Virus record (IMG/VR): IMGVR_UViG_3300020183_000033
Span: 25,972-89,971 of that record
Reading direction: 5' to 3' (one strand)
Origin: a virus
Length of the DNA stretch: 64,000 bases
The notes under the pieces were generated by a model, which was given only the letters and a program-made list of their open reading frames with translations, had not been told where the DNA came from and did no database searches. Positions within the stretch are counted from its first letter, which is position 1; each line of letters opens with the position of its first letter. The translations under genes were made by a program, and so were the position numbers. Positions 44,865 to 55,138 of this stretch are shown here, one piece after another.

Positions 44865-45881
44865 ATGGGCGATATTAAAACTTCTGACGTTTACAAATAC
44901 TCTGCTTACAGTTATCCAGAAGATCTTTGGCAAAATCCCGAGCGCCATGGTAATAATTATTGTGTTTTTTTTGTCAACGTCAGATCCAATTCCAAATTAG
45001 CCAAAAATAAAAACTTGAAGGTACAGAATGCAGATGGCGGCGATGCGCCTAGGTCCTCTGCGGGAGCTTTCGGCGATCGGTTTTCCGGTAATGTACTTGG
45101 CGGTTCATCTCTAATTAGAACAAACACAGCTATTTGTTTATATATGCCTAATACTATTTCCATGGGCCATAATGTGCTATACGACAATGTTGAACTTGGG
45201 CTGTTGGGTGGTGCTCAAGCAGGATCAGATTTTTCATTAAGTGAAGCAGCAAAAACAGGTGCTGCTACTATAACTGATTCTTCGGGACAGATTTTAAAAA
45301 CTGTTGGCAAAGCTCTTGGAGCCAAAGGAAAAACAACGGCAGGGAAGGTGCTTTCGGGTCTGGGACAGTCCGCAGAAAATAACAAGGAACTGTTGAAAAA
45401 TGTTGCTGCCGCTACTACGGGACAAGTAATTAATCCCCACGTAGAAGTGCTTTTTAAGGGGGTAGACTTCAGAAAGTTTACTTTTGACTTCGATTTTTAC
45501 CCAAAGACCGAGGCCGAGCAAGAACAAGTTAGAGAAATTATCTCCGAATTTAGGTTTCACATGCATCCTGAGTTAGCCGATGTAGGTGGATCAAATCGCT
45601 TTTTCTTGTTTCCTTCTGAATTTGATATTTCTTTCTATCACAAAGAAGAAGAAAACAAACATATGTTTGCGCTTTCTTCCTGTGCGCTTACTAACGTAAC
45701 GGTAGATTACACGGCAACAGGTTTCTTTGCCACCCACTCGCAAGGTGAACCTGTTGGTATTAAAATGACTTTAGATTTTACCGAACTAGAAATTCTTACA
45801 AAGGAAAGACTCGCGGAACTAGAGTTCGAGCGTTATGGAACTGTTAAAACTGAAATAGACGGATTTACCCACAAAAATTAG
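44865..45881 (+). CDS. gp48: Baseplate tail-tube cap gp48
   Basis: I.LYMP, NP..E.LF.G..FR.F.F.F.F.P....E...V..II..F...M.P, P.EF.I, L.F.E.E.LT. Confidence 0.85.
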   Translation: MGDIKTSDVYKYSAYSYPEDLWQNPERHGNNYCVFFVNVRSNSKLAKNKNLKVQNADGGDAPRSSAGAFGDRFSGNVLGGSSLIRTNTAICLYMPNTISMGHNVLYDNVELGLLGGAQAGSDFSLSEAAKTGAATITDSSGQILKTVGKALGAKGKTTAGKVLSGLGQSAENNKELLKNVAAATTGQVINPHVEVLFKGVDFRKFTFDFDFYPKTEAEQEQVREIISEFRFHMHPELADVGGSNRFFLFPSEFDISFYHKEEENKHMFALSSCALTNVTVDYTATGFFATHSQGEPVGIKMTLDFTELEILTKERLAELEFERYGTVKTEIDGFTHKN

Positions 45882-45889
45882 TAAAACAT

Positions 45890-46432
45890 ATGTCATACTT
45901 TTCTCAATTCCCGTATTTACTCTATCCTTCTTTTAAAGGCAACGAATCTGAGATTGTAAAAAATCTGAGCGTCCGTGTTGTAAATTTCACTCCACCACAC
46001 GACCGAACGCTTTTTTACGACTACACTCTTTTGGAATCCGATACTCTAGACTCGGTTTGTATCAATGAATATAACGATATTAACTATTATTGGACAATTC
46101 TAGTATATAATAACATCTTTGATATTAACTACGATTTACCTTTAAACTACAGGCAGTTCTCGGATTACATTATAGAAAAATACGGTTCTGAGTCGTCGGC
46201 TATGACAAACTACAAGTATTTTATCAAACCAAATAAATACGAAGCTGAGTTTATCGAGGTTCCAGAATCGACATATACCCAAACTCCAGAGGCAATAGAT
46301 GGAGTTATCGTTCGTAAGGCTCAGTCTATATATTACTTTGAAATGGAAAAAAACGAAGCCAAAAGAAAAATTAAGCTAATTAAACCTGAGTTCATACAGT
46401 TATTTGTAGATACATTTAACTCTAAATTCTAA
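45890..46432 (+). CDS. gp53: Baseplate wedge gp53
   Basis: MSYFS.FP...Y, Y.W.IL..N, I..KYG, E...NE.KR.IKL.KP. Confidence 0.88.
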   Translation: MSYFSQFPYLLYPSFKGNESEIVKNLSVRVVNFTPPHDRTLFYDYTLLESDTLDSVCINEYNDINYYWTILVYNNIFDINYDLPLNYRQFSDYIIEKYGSESSAMTNYKYFIKPNKYEAEFIEVPESTYTQTPEAIDGVIVRKAQSIYYFEMEKNEAKRKIKLIKPEFIQLFVDTFNSKF

Positions 46433-47784
46433 TGCAAACTTATCAACTCATTCCAGGAAAATATGAACTAACCAGTCTTCTTATTTCTTCTAAGAAGACT
46501 GTAGATATTAAATCTGTTTTTCAAGAGTTAAACATCTTTGAAGATCTATACTCGCCTACCATCTCGGGAAACATTGTTGTGCAAGACGCCAACAACATGA
46601 TCTCTGGTAGCTACGGTTTACCTATACTCGGAAATGAATATATTAGAATTGAAGTTAAAGTGCCTTCGGTGGATTTATCCGGACCCGAAAATTCTTTCCA
46701 GAAAACAGGAGAGTTTAAAGAACGCAATATTATTCTGCTTGGTAGAATCGTTGACATCGAAGCCAGGAGATTGTTAACGGAAAGATCTCAGCAGTATATT
46801 ATTCATTTCGTTCAGGAAGAAATTATTACAGACAAGAAAACCAGGATTTCAAAGTCATTTAAGAACAAGACTTACAAAAAAATAATTTCAAATATCCTAA
46901 GCGAGATTTCTCCTGGAAACCAAAATATTGAGTTAGAAGATACTAGAAATACTTATAATTTGGTGGTTCCCAACTGGCATCCGTTTAAAGCAATTAACTG
47001 GATGACGAGCCGTGCGCTTTCCCCGAAACATGATACAATGTTCTTTTTCTATTCTACTGTATACAACAAAAATGCAAAAGAGTCAAACAACACTTCTAAT
47101 TATTTTAAGTTAAAGTCGCTGGCAGAGATGTTGATTGCACCGATTGCCAGAAAAGTATTTTTTCAACCAAAGAACACAGACACCGTAAAAGATGACAAAG
47201 ATCCTAGAAGGTTTTCTTCACTGGAAACTTATGAGATCACAAACTCCTTTGACGTGCTTCAAAATCTAGATGCAGGGTTCTATGCCTCTAAGCTGTATAC
47301 CCATGACATCATTAATAAATATTATTCTATTTACGATTTTAACTACGAAAAGTCTTTTCCTAAGTTTGCACATACTAATCGCGGGAAATTACTTGGACTT
47401 TTACCTGATAGATTTGGTAAGTCTTTTTCTGATTACCCGAACCAGGCGTTACGTTTATATTCTACGGACAATGCTCTTTCAAAGAATTACATAAACGAAG
47501 TAGTAGGAAGAAACCTGAATCAGGCAGCTTCTCTAAATAACTTCAGGCTCAAGTTTTACCTTCCAGGCGACGGGAAACTTTCCGTGGGCGATTTGATTTA
47601 CTTTGACATTCCTTCTCCGGAAAAAGTTACAGTTGACCCAAAGAATGATGTGTTTTATTCAGGCAAGTATCTAGTAACTGCCATCCGTCATCAATTTATT
47701 TCTGAGAAATATTACTTGGCAGTAGAGTGTGTCAAAGAGTCGTTAAATATTGATGTAAAGGATTTCGTTCCAACAAATGGCTAG
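46432..47784 (+). CDS. Baseplate hub protein (gp27-like)
   Basis: I.ED......G...V.D, P..G.E, PNW.P..AI.W, PG...L.VG, SGKYL.TA.RH; lies between gp53 and gp5. Confidence 0.7.
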   Translation: MQTYQLIPGKYELTSLLISSKKTVDIKSVFQELNIFEDLYSPTISGNIVVQDANNMISGSYGLPILGNEYIRIEVKVPSVDLSGPENSFQKTGEFKERNIILLGRIVDIEARRLLTERSQQYIIHFVQEEIITDKKTRISKSFKNKTYKKIISNILSEISPGNQNIELEDTRNTYNLVVPNWHPFKAINWMTSRALSPKHDTMFFFYSTVYNKNAKESNNTSNYFKLKSLAEMLIAPIARKVFFQPKNTDTVKDDKDPRRFSSLETYEITNSFDVLQNLDAGFYASKLYTHDIINKYYSIYDFNYEKSFPKFAHTNRGKLLGLLPDRFGKSFSDYPNQALRLYSTDNALSKNYINEVVGRNLNQAASLNNFRLKFYLPGDGKLSVGDLIYFDIPSPEKVTVDPKNDVFYSGKYLVTAIRHQFISEKYYLAVECVKESLNIDVKDFVPTNG

Positions 47785-49858
47785 AAACATATTAGGCTTT
47801 ATGGGTTTTGAGAACTTCACCTGGTTCCAGGGTGTGGTGGAAGATCGCGTTGATCCTCTAAAATTAGGAAGAGTAAAGGTTCGTGTTCTTGGAATTCATA
47901 CCGATGTAAAAGATGATATTCCCACAGAAGATCTTCCTTGGGCGTATCCTATTCAACCTATTACCTCTGCTTCAATGAATGGTTTAGGTCATACTCCCAT
48001 GGGTCCAGTAGAAGGAACCTGGGTAATCGGTTTTTTTAGAGACAGCGAAAATTGTCAGGAACCTGTTATCTTTGGAACTATTGCTGGTATTCCTCATGAG
48101 TATCCTTATCCTAAAAACAAGAAAAAAGGCTTTATGGATCCGCGCGAGGACCTTTCCGCTAGACCTAGAAAGTATAAAAAGAAAGAATATCCTAACGATG
48201 GCACAGGCGCGAAGTTAGACACTGAAGTTCCTACTCCGCCCACAGGAGAATTATATCCAAGAACTTCACATCCATTGGGAACGGTTGTTGATGAGTCAGA
48301 TATTAATCGTTTAGCAAGAAACGAAAAGATTTATGATACTATTGTAAAACTAAAGCGCGATACCGTAGATGAAAATGTTCCCGTTGCTGACGGAACTACC
48401 TGGTCGGAACCTAAGACTCCCTATTATGCTTCTTATCCTTATAATCATGTTCTAGAATCCGAGTCAGGTCATATCATTGAAATAGACGATACCGTTGGTG
48501 TAGAAAGACTACACAATTATCATAAATCAGGAACTTTTGAAGAAATTTATCCTGACGGTATTAAAGTAGAAAAGATCGTAAAAAATTCCTACCGTATTGT
48601 TCTTGCCGAACAGTATCAACACATTCACAATAGATGCAATCTTACTATTGATGGACCCTTTAATGTAATAGTACAAAACAACGCCAATGTCATTATTAAA
48701 GGAAACGCCAAGGTAGATATTGGAAAAAACCTAGATATCAACGTTGGCGGAAATTTTAACCTTGGTGTAAAAGGAAAATGTGTTATCCAATCCGAGGAAC
48801 AACTTACTTTAAAGTCTAATGAAAATACTCTTGTTGGTTCAAAAAACACAGTACAGTTAAAGGGCGCTCTGGTTACTTCAAATCCTCCTGTGGATCAATC
48901 ATTTGAGAGCCAACGAACAACAGTTGCCGGAGCCGTCTTACCAGGTCTTACAATTACACCCAACCAACCGCAACCGCAGGCGGCAGCAGTGAATGTCCCG
49001 TCTAATAATGGTTTAGAAAGACTTTATCCTATTGAAGTTCCAATCTATCCAGGTATCATGCAGGTGTTCGCTGCTGTTGAAGATAACTTTGAGGAAACTC
49101 CAACTATTACTCAGTATAAGTTAGATCTAATAGAGGCGGGAATAGTCGATCCACCGCCGACCCCAGCTCCAGTGCCTGGAGCAACAGCTCCAGTGCCTGC
49201 AGCAGCTCCAACGCCTGATAAGTCTGATAATCAGATTGTAGAAACTAAGACAGATCCCCCAAAAGAAACAAAGGTAGAAGTCAAGTCATGTCAGGAATTT
49301 TCTTACGAAGACAAGCCTTATCCATCACCAGCTCTTGATGGCCTTAAGATGTCTGCAAACTATACTCTTGGGCAAATCTACAAGCACGAGCATATTATTC
49401 GTCCACAGGTTGGTCTGAGTGTAAATAGAATTCTCTGTAACATCAAGGCAGCAGCCAACAACATCCTAGAGCCTCTTGCTGGTAAGTATGGTAAACGTAA
49501 CTTAATTATTAGCTCAGGTTTTAGAAACCTAGGTAAGCCTAATTCTCCAACTTCTCAGCATCCTAACGGAGAAGCTTTTGATATTCAATGGAGCGCACAG
49601 TTCGCATATTCCAACAGAAACGATAGAGAAAAGTATTTATTTGATATCGCCAGTGAAATTATATCTAGTAAGTTAGTTCCTTTTGACCAGATGATCCTGG
49701 AATGTCCTGGATCTTATGGTCCCTGGATTCATATTTCTTATGCTTCTACTTCTCAAAAAGGTCCAAGCGGTATTCAAAGAGGCGTAGTCAATACCTGGTT
49801 CGGCGGATCTTATCTGCCAGGTCTAGTAAGGAGAGGAACTCCTGGTTCAAAAAACTAA
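47777..49858 (+). CDS. gp5: Baseplate spike gp5 with C-terminal peptidase M15-type domain
   Basis: WF.GVVEDR.DPL.LGRV.VR..G.H OB-fold, YPYNHV.ESESGH..E.DDT...ER...H.SGT; C-terminal ISSGFR, SQH..GEA.DI, WIH.SY. Confidence 0.9.
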   Translation: MARNILGFMGFENFTWFQGVVEDRVDPLKLGRVKVRVLGIHTDVKDDIPTEDLPWAYPIQPITSASMNGLGHTPMGPVEGTWVIGFFRDSENCQEPVIFGTIAGIPHEYPYPKNKKKGFMDPREDLSARPRKYKKKEYPNDGTGAKLDTEVPTPPTGELYPRTSHPLGTVVDESDINRLARNEKIYDTIVKLKRDTVDENVPVADGTTWSEPKTPYYASYPYNHVLESESGHIIEIDDTVGVERLHNYHKSGTFEEIYPDGIKVEKIVKNSYRIVLAEQYQHIHNRCNLTIDGPFNVIVQNNANVIIKGNAKVDIGKNLDINVGGNFNLGVKGKCVIQSEEQLTLKSNENTLVGSKNTVQLKGALVTSNPPVDQSFESQRTTVAGAVLPGLTITPNQPQPQAAAVNVPSNNGLERLYPIEVPIYPGIMQVFAAVEDNFEETPTITQYKLDLIEAGIVDPPPTPAPVPGATAPVPAAAPTPDKSDNQIVETKTDPPKETKVEVKSCQEFSYEDKPYPSPALDGLKMSANYTLGQIYKHEHIIRPQVGLSVNRILCNIKAAANNILEPLAGKYGKRNLIISSGFRNLGKPNSPTSQHPNGEAFDIQWSAQFAYSNRNDREKYLFDIASEIISSKLVPFDQMILECPGSYGPWIHISYASTSQKGPSGIQRGVVNTWFGGSYLPGLVRRGTPGSKN

Positions 49859-49867
49859 GAGGAATAT

Positions 49868-49875
49868 TATAAATA
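49868..49875 (+). promoter_or_regulatory. T4 late promoter TATAAATA
   Basis: Exact consensus 5 nt before the gp25 ATG; further copies at 50216-50223 and 55030-55037. Confidence 0.7.
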
Positions 49876-49880
49876 ATTCT

Positions 49881-50273
49881 ATGTCAACAGAGTTCAGGTT
49901 TAAAGATCTAGATATTTCTCTAAAAAGAAATCTATTTTCAGGTGATATTAACACCCTGACTGACGCGGATGCAGTTAAACGATCCATTAAGTTACTCGTT
50001 ATGACAAACTTCTTTGAACGACCGTTTCAACCTGAGTGCGGTTCTAATGTTTATTTTCATCTTTTTGAGAACTTCACAAACTTTACCTTTATTGCCCTGC
50101 GAAGGTCTATTAAACAAGTTATCAATAATTTTGAGCCGCGCGCAAAGAACGTAATAGTTCAAATTAAAGAGAATACAGAAGATTTAAACAAGCTAAACGT
50201 AAATATTTACTTCTCTATAAATAATATAGAAGATCAATACAAGATTTCTTTCAAGATAGAAAGAGTAAGATAA
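49881..50273 (+). CDS. gp25: Baseplate wedge gp25
   Basis: DL...........D..AVKRS...L..T...ERPF.P..G......LFE, I.N.EPR. Confidence 0.92.
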   Translation: MSTEFRFKDLDISLKRNLFSGDINTLTDADAVKRSIKLLVMTNFFERPFQPECGSNVYFHLFENFTNFTFIALRRSIKQVINNFEPRAKNVIVQIKENTEDLNKLNVNIYFSINNIEDQYKISFKIERVR

Positions 50274-50274
50274 G

Positions 50275-52086
50275 ATGGCAGATAACAGAGTTAAACTAAT
50301 CTCAGATCTAGACTTCGAAGATATTAAAGCCAATATATCCTCTTTTATTGCGAACAATTCAGAGTTCACAGATTATAATTTCAAGGGGTCTGCGCTAAAC
50401 TTTCTCACAGATATTCTAGCGTACAACACTCATTACAACGCCTTTTATCTGAACATGGCGATTAATGAGAACTTTATTGACACCGCAGTTACTAGATCAT
50501 CTGTTGTTTCTCTTGCAAAGAACTTTGGTTACACCCCAAGATCTAAGAAGTCTTCTATTGCTGAGGTTAGCTTTACTGTTTCCACTACCGATCCTAATGG
50601 TACTTCGATTACCATGGATCAAACAAATTTTTTCTCGACTTCTGTGAACAATGTAACATATGTCTTTACTCCGATTGCTTCTCAAACTGCCACGGCTCAA
50701 TCCGGATTGTATACGTTTAATGATGTAAAACTTCGCGAAGGTTCTTATGCCACGATTACTTACCCAGTAACAAGCTCGCCCAACGAAAAGTTTCAGATCG
50801 ATACATTTAATATTGATCTGGATTCGGTTCAGGTTTCTGTACAGGTTTCCGAGTCAGATACAAACGTTGAACCGTATTCTCTTATCTCAGATATCACTAA
50901 ACTTACCCCTGAATCAAAGATCTTCTACATGTTTGAAACAACAGATAAGAAGTATTCAATTGAATTCGGGGACGGCGTTTTGGGTTATAAACCAAGTCCA
51001 GGAAACATTGTTATAATTCGTTTCCAGACTTCTTCTGGTGCAGACGCAAACGGTGCAAGTTCATTTACTCTAGTTAACGAGATCGTAGGTAACTCTCTTT
51101 CCAGTCCTACTATAGAATTCACAAATGTTGTAAATTCCTATGGTGGCGACGCGGAAGAAAAAATTGATTCAATTCGTTTAAATGCTCTACAGAATTTTAG
51201 AACCCAGGGAAGAGCAGTAACTGCAGAAGACTACAAGTTTTTTATCTCCAGAGATTATCCCCTGGCTCAGACTATTTCGGTCTGGGGCGGACAGGACAAC
51301 GATCCTCCTATATATGGAAAAGTCTTTATCTCGTTTAAGCCAGTAGACGGTTACTTTCTTTCAAACGCTGCGAAAAAGTATATCCTTGATGAGATTATCA
51401 AGAAAAAGAACATTGTATCCATTATCCCTGAGATTGTGGATCCTGAGTATCTGTTCCTGGAGATTTCTACAGATATTAAGTTTAACAACAGAAAAACTCT
51501 TAACTCTGCAGCTGAAATCAAGAACCTGGTATTATCTCAGATTCAGAACTTTAACGATACTACACTAACTCAGTTTGGAACAAACTTTAATTACTCGAAA
51601 TTTTCTACACTAATCGACTCTACAGATCCTTCTATCACAGGTAACATTACTACTCTTAAGATGAGAAAAAATGTTCCTATTATTCTTAATAAATTACTTA
51701 CTTATAACATTGACTTCCAGAATGGCATTCACCCAGGATCACTAGAAAACAAGTTTCCGTTTAAGGCTGTAAACGACTCCAGAATCGGATCGCCTACAGA
51801 AGACTTGTTTATTGATGACGATGAAAAAGGTGTTGTCAGAATATTTAAGTATACTGGTCCTGGATTTAATGTAAAATCAATTGTTAACGCAAACGCAGGA
51901 ACTATAAATTATACTACAGGAAAAGTTGTGTTGTCAGACTTCTCTCCTTCTTTAGTTAATACAGATTTAACTTTGGATTTTGTCGCGAAACCAGTAGATT
52001 ATTCAATCGGTGATATTTCCTCTTATAGAAACACCATTATTACAATTTTAGACACAGACATAAAAGTTGATGTCCAGGTAGCCTAA
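50275..52086 (+). CDS. gp6: Baseplate wedge gp6
   Basis: LDF..IK, FTDYNF.GS....L.D.LAYNTHY, A..R.SVVS.A...GY.P.S, FGDG..G, Q.RAVT..DY, WGG.DN.PP.YG. Confidence 0.95.
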   Translation: MADNRVKLISDLDFEDIKANISSFIANNSEFTDYNFKGSALNFLTDILAYNTHYNAFYLNMAINENFIDTAVTRSSVVSLAKNFGYTPRSKKSSIAEVSFTVSTTDPNGTSITMDQTNFFSTSVNNVTYVFTPIASQTATAQSGLYTFNDVKLREGSYATITYPVTSSPNEKFQIDTFNIDLDSVQVSVQVSESDTNVEPYSLISDITKLTPESKIFYMFETTDKKYSIEFGDGVLGYKPSPGNIVIIRFQTSSGADANGASSFTLVNEIVGNSLSSPTIEFTNVVNSYGGDAEEKIDSIRLNALQNFRTQGRAVTAEDYKFFISRDYPLAQTISVWGGQDNDPPIYGKVFISFKPVDGYFLSNAAKKYILDEIIKKKNIVSIIPEIVDPEYLFLEISTDIKFNNRKTLNSAAEIKNLVLSQIQNFNDTTLTQFGTNFNYSKFSTLIDSTDPSITGNITTLKMRKNVPIILNKLLTYNIDFQNGIHPGSLENKFPFKAVNDSRIGSPTEDLFIDDDEKGVVRIFKYTGPGFNVKSIVNANAGTINYTTGKVVLSDFSPSLVNTDLTLDFVAKPVDYSIGDISSYRNTIITILDTDIKVDVQVA

Positions 52087-52087
52087 A

Positions 52088-55000
52088 ATGGATCTAAATT
52101 TTACAAGATCACTATTTGTTGACAAACTTATTCCCCAGTACATCAGGGAAGAATATCCGCTGTTCGTTTCTTTTGTAAAGGAATACTATAATTACCTTGA
52201 CAGAAAAAGCGGCCAATTAGCTGTTGTTAAAATAAAAAATACAGGAAAGAATTATTCTTCTGTTCCTACTATTACAATGGAAATTTTGGATACTAATCCA
52301 GATTCTATTACTTATAATCAATACATATCAGATTACAAAGGCGCAGCATTTAATGCTTTTGTTGTTAACGGTAAACTAGAAAAGATTCTTGTTACAAATT
52401 ATGGTAGTGGTTATTCTTCAGAAGATAAACCAAGAATTATAATTACTGACGCCACAGGAACTGGTGCAACTGCAGAACCTGTTATTATTGATTCTCCTGG
52501 CGGAATAAATCAGTCTTCAAAGTTAGTAGCTTTTTCTAGAGACATCGATAATGAAGTTGATGTATTTGTCGACTTTTTAAAGAACGAGTATATTCCTACG
52601 CTTCCACAAAAACTTTATAAGTCTCAGATTTCATCAGTAGAAGTAACAAAATTTGTAAAATTTATTCGTCAGTTTTATAATTCTACAGGCGTCGAAGACT
52701 CAATTCGTTTTCTTTACAGAATCCTGTTTAACGTAGAAGTTAACTTTTATTATCCAAAGGTAGATGTTCTAAGAACTTCTGCAGGTAGATGGCAGCTGGA
52801 TAATGTTCTTAGAGTTTATCCTGCTCCTGTTGACTTAACTGAGTTTAAGAATAATAACGTTGGCTCTAGAATTCTAATTACTGGTGCCACAGGCGTTGCC
52901 ACAGCAATTCTGGAAAACGTAGAAAAAATTGGATCTACAGGACCACATGCTCTTTTATATCTTTCTACTATAAATGGATTTATCTCCCCGACTGGTGGAC
53001 AGACTGTTTTAAATTACCCTATTACTGGAGCCACAGGATTTCTCGGAAATTCTTATGTCGATGGAGCAACAGGTGCGTTTTATTCAACAAACGGAAGATA
53101 TATCGGAGATGACGGTCAGTTAGATTCTACAAAAAAGATTCAAGGTTCGCCTAATATCGCCTATGGTGCTTCTGGTGCATTACCTTATTATTACCAAGAC
53201 TTTTCTTATGAGTTACAATCAGAAGAATCTATTAGACAATTTAAGGGTCTACTCGAAGAGTTAGTTCACCCTGCTGGTCTTGTTTACTTTATTCGTTTAA
53301 CTATTGAAAAGTCTAATCAGTTGGGCGGAAATTCTTCACAAGCAATCACTGATGTTTTTATTGGTGCAGATCAATATTATTCTTCCGAGTTAGTATACAA
53401 CGCTGGCGCAACAGGTTTAAATTATTCCCTTAAAGATCTTGGTCCAACTGCTCTGGATTTTGATAAGTTTAAATGGGATTCTTATCCACAACCTTATGTT
53501 GACTTTTCAGGAATCGCAACAGTAACTTCTAACACTTCTTATAATACTTTGGTAATTTCCACCAATACATCTTCTTTTATCGGAAACAAAGATGAATATA
53601 CAAATTATTCTGTGATAATTACGGATTTAATAACAGATATAAATTATTATAGATATGTAACAGCATATAACCCAGATACATTTACAATTACCTTAAACTC
53701 TTCATTTACAACTGGAGCTTCAACCAACGCGGTTCAATATAGAATTATTCAGAACTACAGATTCGGTTATGTAAATCCAACTACAGTTGGGCTTTCTACT
53801 TTGGACCCTATGCGTTATGTTCCTTTTGATCCTTCTTTTGTTTCTACTTTAATTACAGGAGCAACCTCTGCTAGTGGTGCTACAGGATTTGTTTTAAACA
53901 CTTCTGATAACTTTAATGTAAAAGTAGGAGACGTTCTTAAGGTTGATTCAGAAGATCTTCTCGTAAACTATATTGTAGGAGCAACTGGATCATTTAATAT
54001 ATCGGCAACTCGTGGATTTAATTCTACAACAATCGCGGGTCACTCAATCGGCGCAACAGCTTATAATAAAACGGATCATCGTTACCGTAACTGGAGATTG
54101 TATGTTACCTCGGGTCCAGGTGCAGGTCAGTTCTCAAAAGTTACAACTTATGGGGCTACAGGTGTTCTAGGATTTTCTGATTATACAATTAACACTGGAT
54201 CAACTGGTCCTACTACAGATTCAACTTATTGGCTAGTTCCTGATTTCGCCGGAGCAACAGGATCTGTAAACGACGGTTACTTTACAACAGGTTCTACAGG
54301 AATCTCAGAAATTGTAATATCAAACCCTGGCGCTGGATATTCTCAGGGTGCGACAGGAGTTTATGTTGATGTTGCAATCGCTGCACCTCCTTACGGAACT
54401 CAGGCAACAGCCACAGTAACTGTTGGAGCTACTGGAGCTATTTCTGCTATAAATATTACAAATTATGGCAGCGGTTATCTCTTTACTCCACTTGTAACAA
54501 TTAATCAGATTGGAGCAACATCTCCAACAACAACTGCTTTTGCCTATGCAAATATCTTGAATACTAATTTACCTATGTCTCAGTTTGAGAATATATCATA
54601 TTCAGCAGGCGTAATTCTTTCTGTTGCTGACGCAAAGAATAAGTTTAAAACCGCAACGGCAACTGCAAACCTTGATTCGATCACAGGAACAACAGTGTTT
54701 AGCTGCAATATTATAGAACCTGGAATAGGTTATATAAAAACTCCTAGTATCACCTTTAGAAAAGGCGGAGGTTCTGGAGCTGCAGCTGTGGCAACAATAG
54801 CAGGTGGTTCTGTTACAGGTATCACCATGTTAAACTTAGGCTTTGATTATGTTGAACCTCCTGATGTAAAGTTTGAAGATCCGATTATTGAACCAGGTGA
54901 AGTAATTCTACAGGATTTAACTGGAGCAAAGGGTAGAGTCGAGTTGTGGGATAAGGAAAACAATTTTCTGTATGTTGTAAAAGATCCTGGGTCGCTCGAT

Positions 55001-55123
55001 TTCGCGGCAGGACAAATCTCATATAATGATATAAATATAGTAGTGAGTTCTGTTGTAGGCTATTACGATACATCTGGTAAGAGAATTAACTCCCTACCAG
55101 AATCAGAAATTGCCGTAATCTAA
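52088..55123 (+). CDS. gp7: Baseplate wedge gp7-like
   Basis: P....EYP.FV.F...YY, FY...G...S...L.R.LF, YYQDFSY, VHPAG; lies between gp6 and gp8. Confidence 0.75.
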   Translation: MDLNFTRSLFVDKLIPQYIREEYPLFVSFVKEYYNYLDRKSGQLAVVKIKNTGKNYSSVPTITMEILDTNPDSITYNQYISDYKGAAFNAFVVNGKLEKILVTNYGSGYSSEDKPRIIITDATGTGATAEPVIIDSPGGINQSSKLVAFSRDIDNEVDVFVDFLKNEYIPTLPQKLYKSQISSVEVTKFVKFIRQFYNSTGVEDSIRFLYRILFNVEVNFYYPKVDVLRTSAGRWQLDNVLRVYPAPVDLTEFKNNNVGSRILITGATGVATAILENVEKIGSTGPHALLYLSTINGFISPTGGQTVLNYPITGATGFLGNSYVDGATGAFYSTNGRYIGDDGQLDSTKKIQGSPNIAYGASGALPYYYQDFSYELQSEESIRQFKGLLEELVHPAGLVYFIRLTIEKSNQLGGNSSQAITDVFIGADQYYSSELVYNAGATGLNYSLKDLGPTALDFDKFKWDSYPQPYVDFSGIATVTSNTSYNTLVISTNTSSFIGNKDEYTNYSVIITDLITDINYYRYVTAYNPDTFTITLNSSFTTGASTNAVQYRIIQNYRFGYVNPTTVGLSTLDPMRYVPFDPSFVSTLITGATSASGATGFVLNTSDNFNVKVGDVLKVDSEDLLVNYIVGATGSFNISATRGFNSTTIAGHSIGATAYNKTDHRYRNWRLYVTSGPGAGQFSKVTTYGATGVLGFSDYTINTGSTGPTTDSTYWLVPDFAGATGSVNDGYFTTGSTGISEIVISNPGAGYSQGATGVYVDVAIAAPPYGTQATATVTVGATGAISAINITNYGSGYLFTPLVTINQIGATSPTTTAFAYANILNTNLPMSQFENISYSAGVILSVADAKNKFKTATATANLDSITGTTVFSCNIIEPGIGYIKTPSITFRKGGGSGAAAVATIAGGSVTGITMLNLGFDYVEPPDVKFEDPIIEPGEVILQDLTGAKGRVELWDKENNFLYVVKDPGSLDFAAGQISYNDINIVVSSVVGYYDTSGKRINSLPESEIAVI

Positions 55124-55138
55124 AGGTATAGGAAAAAA

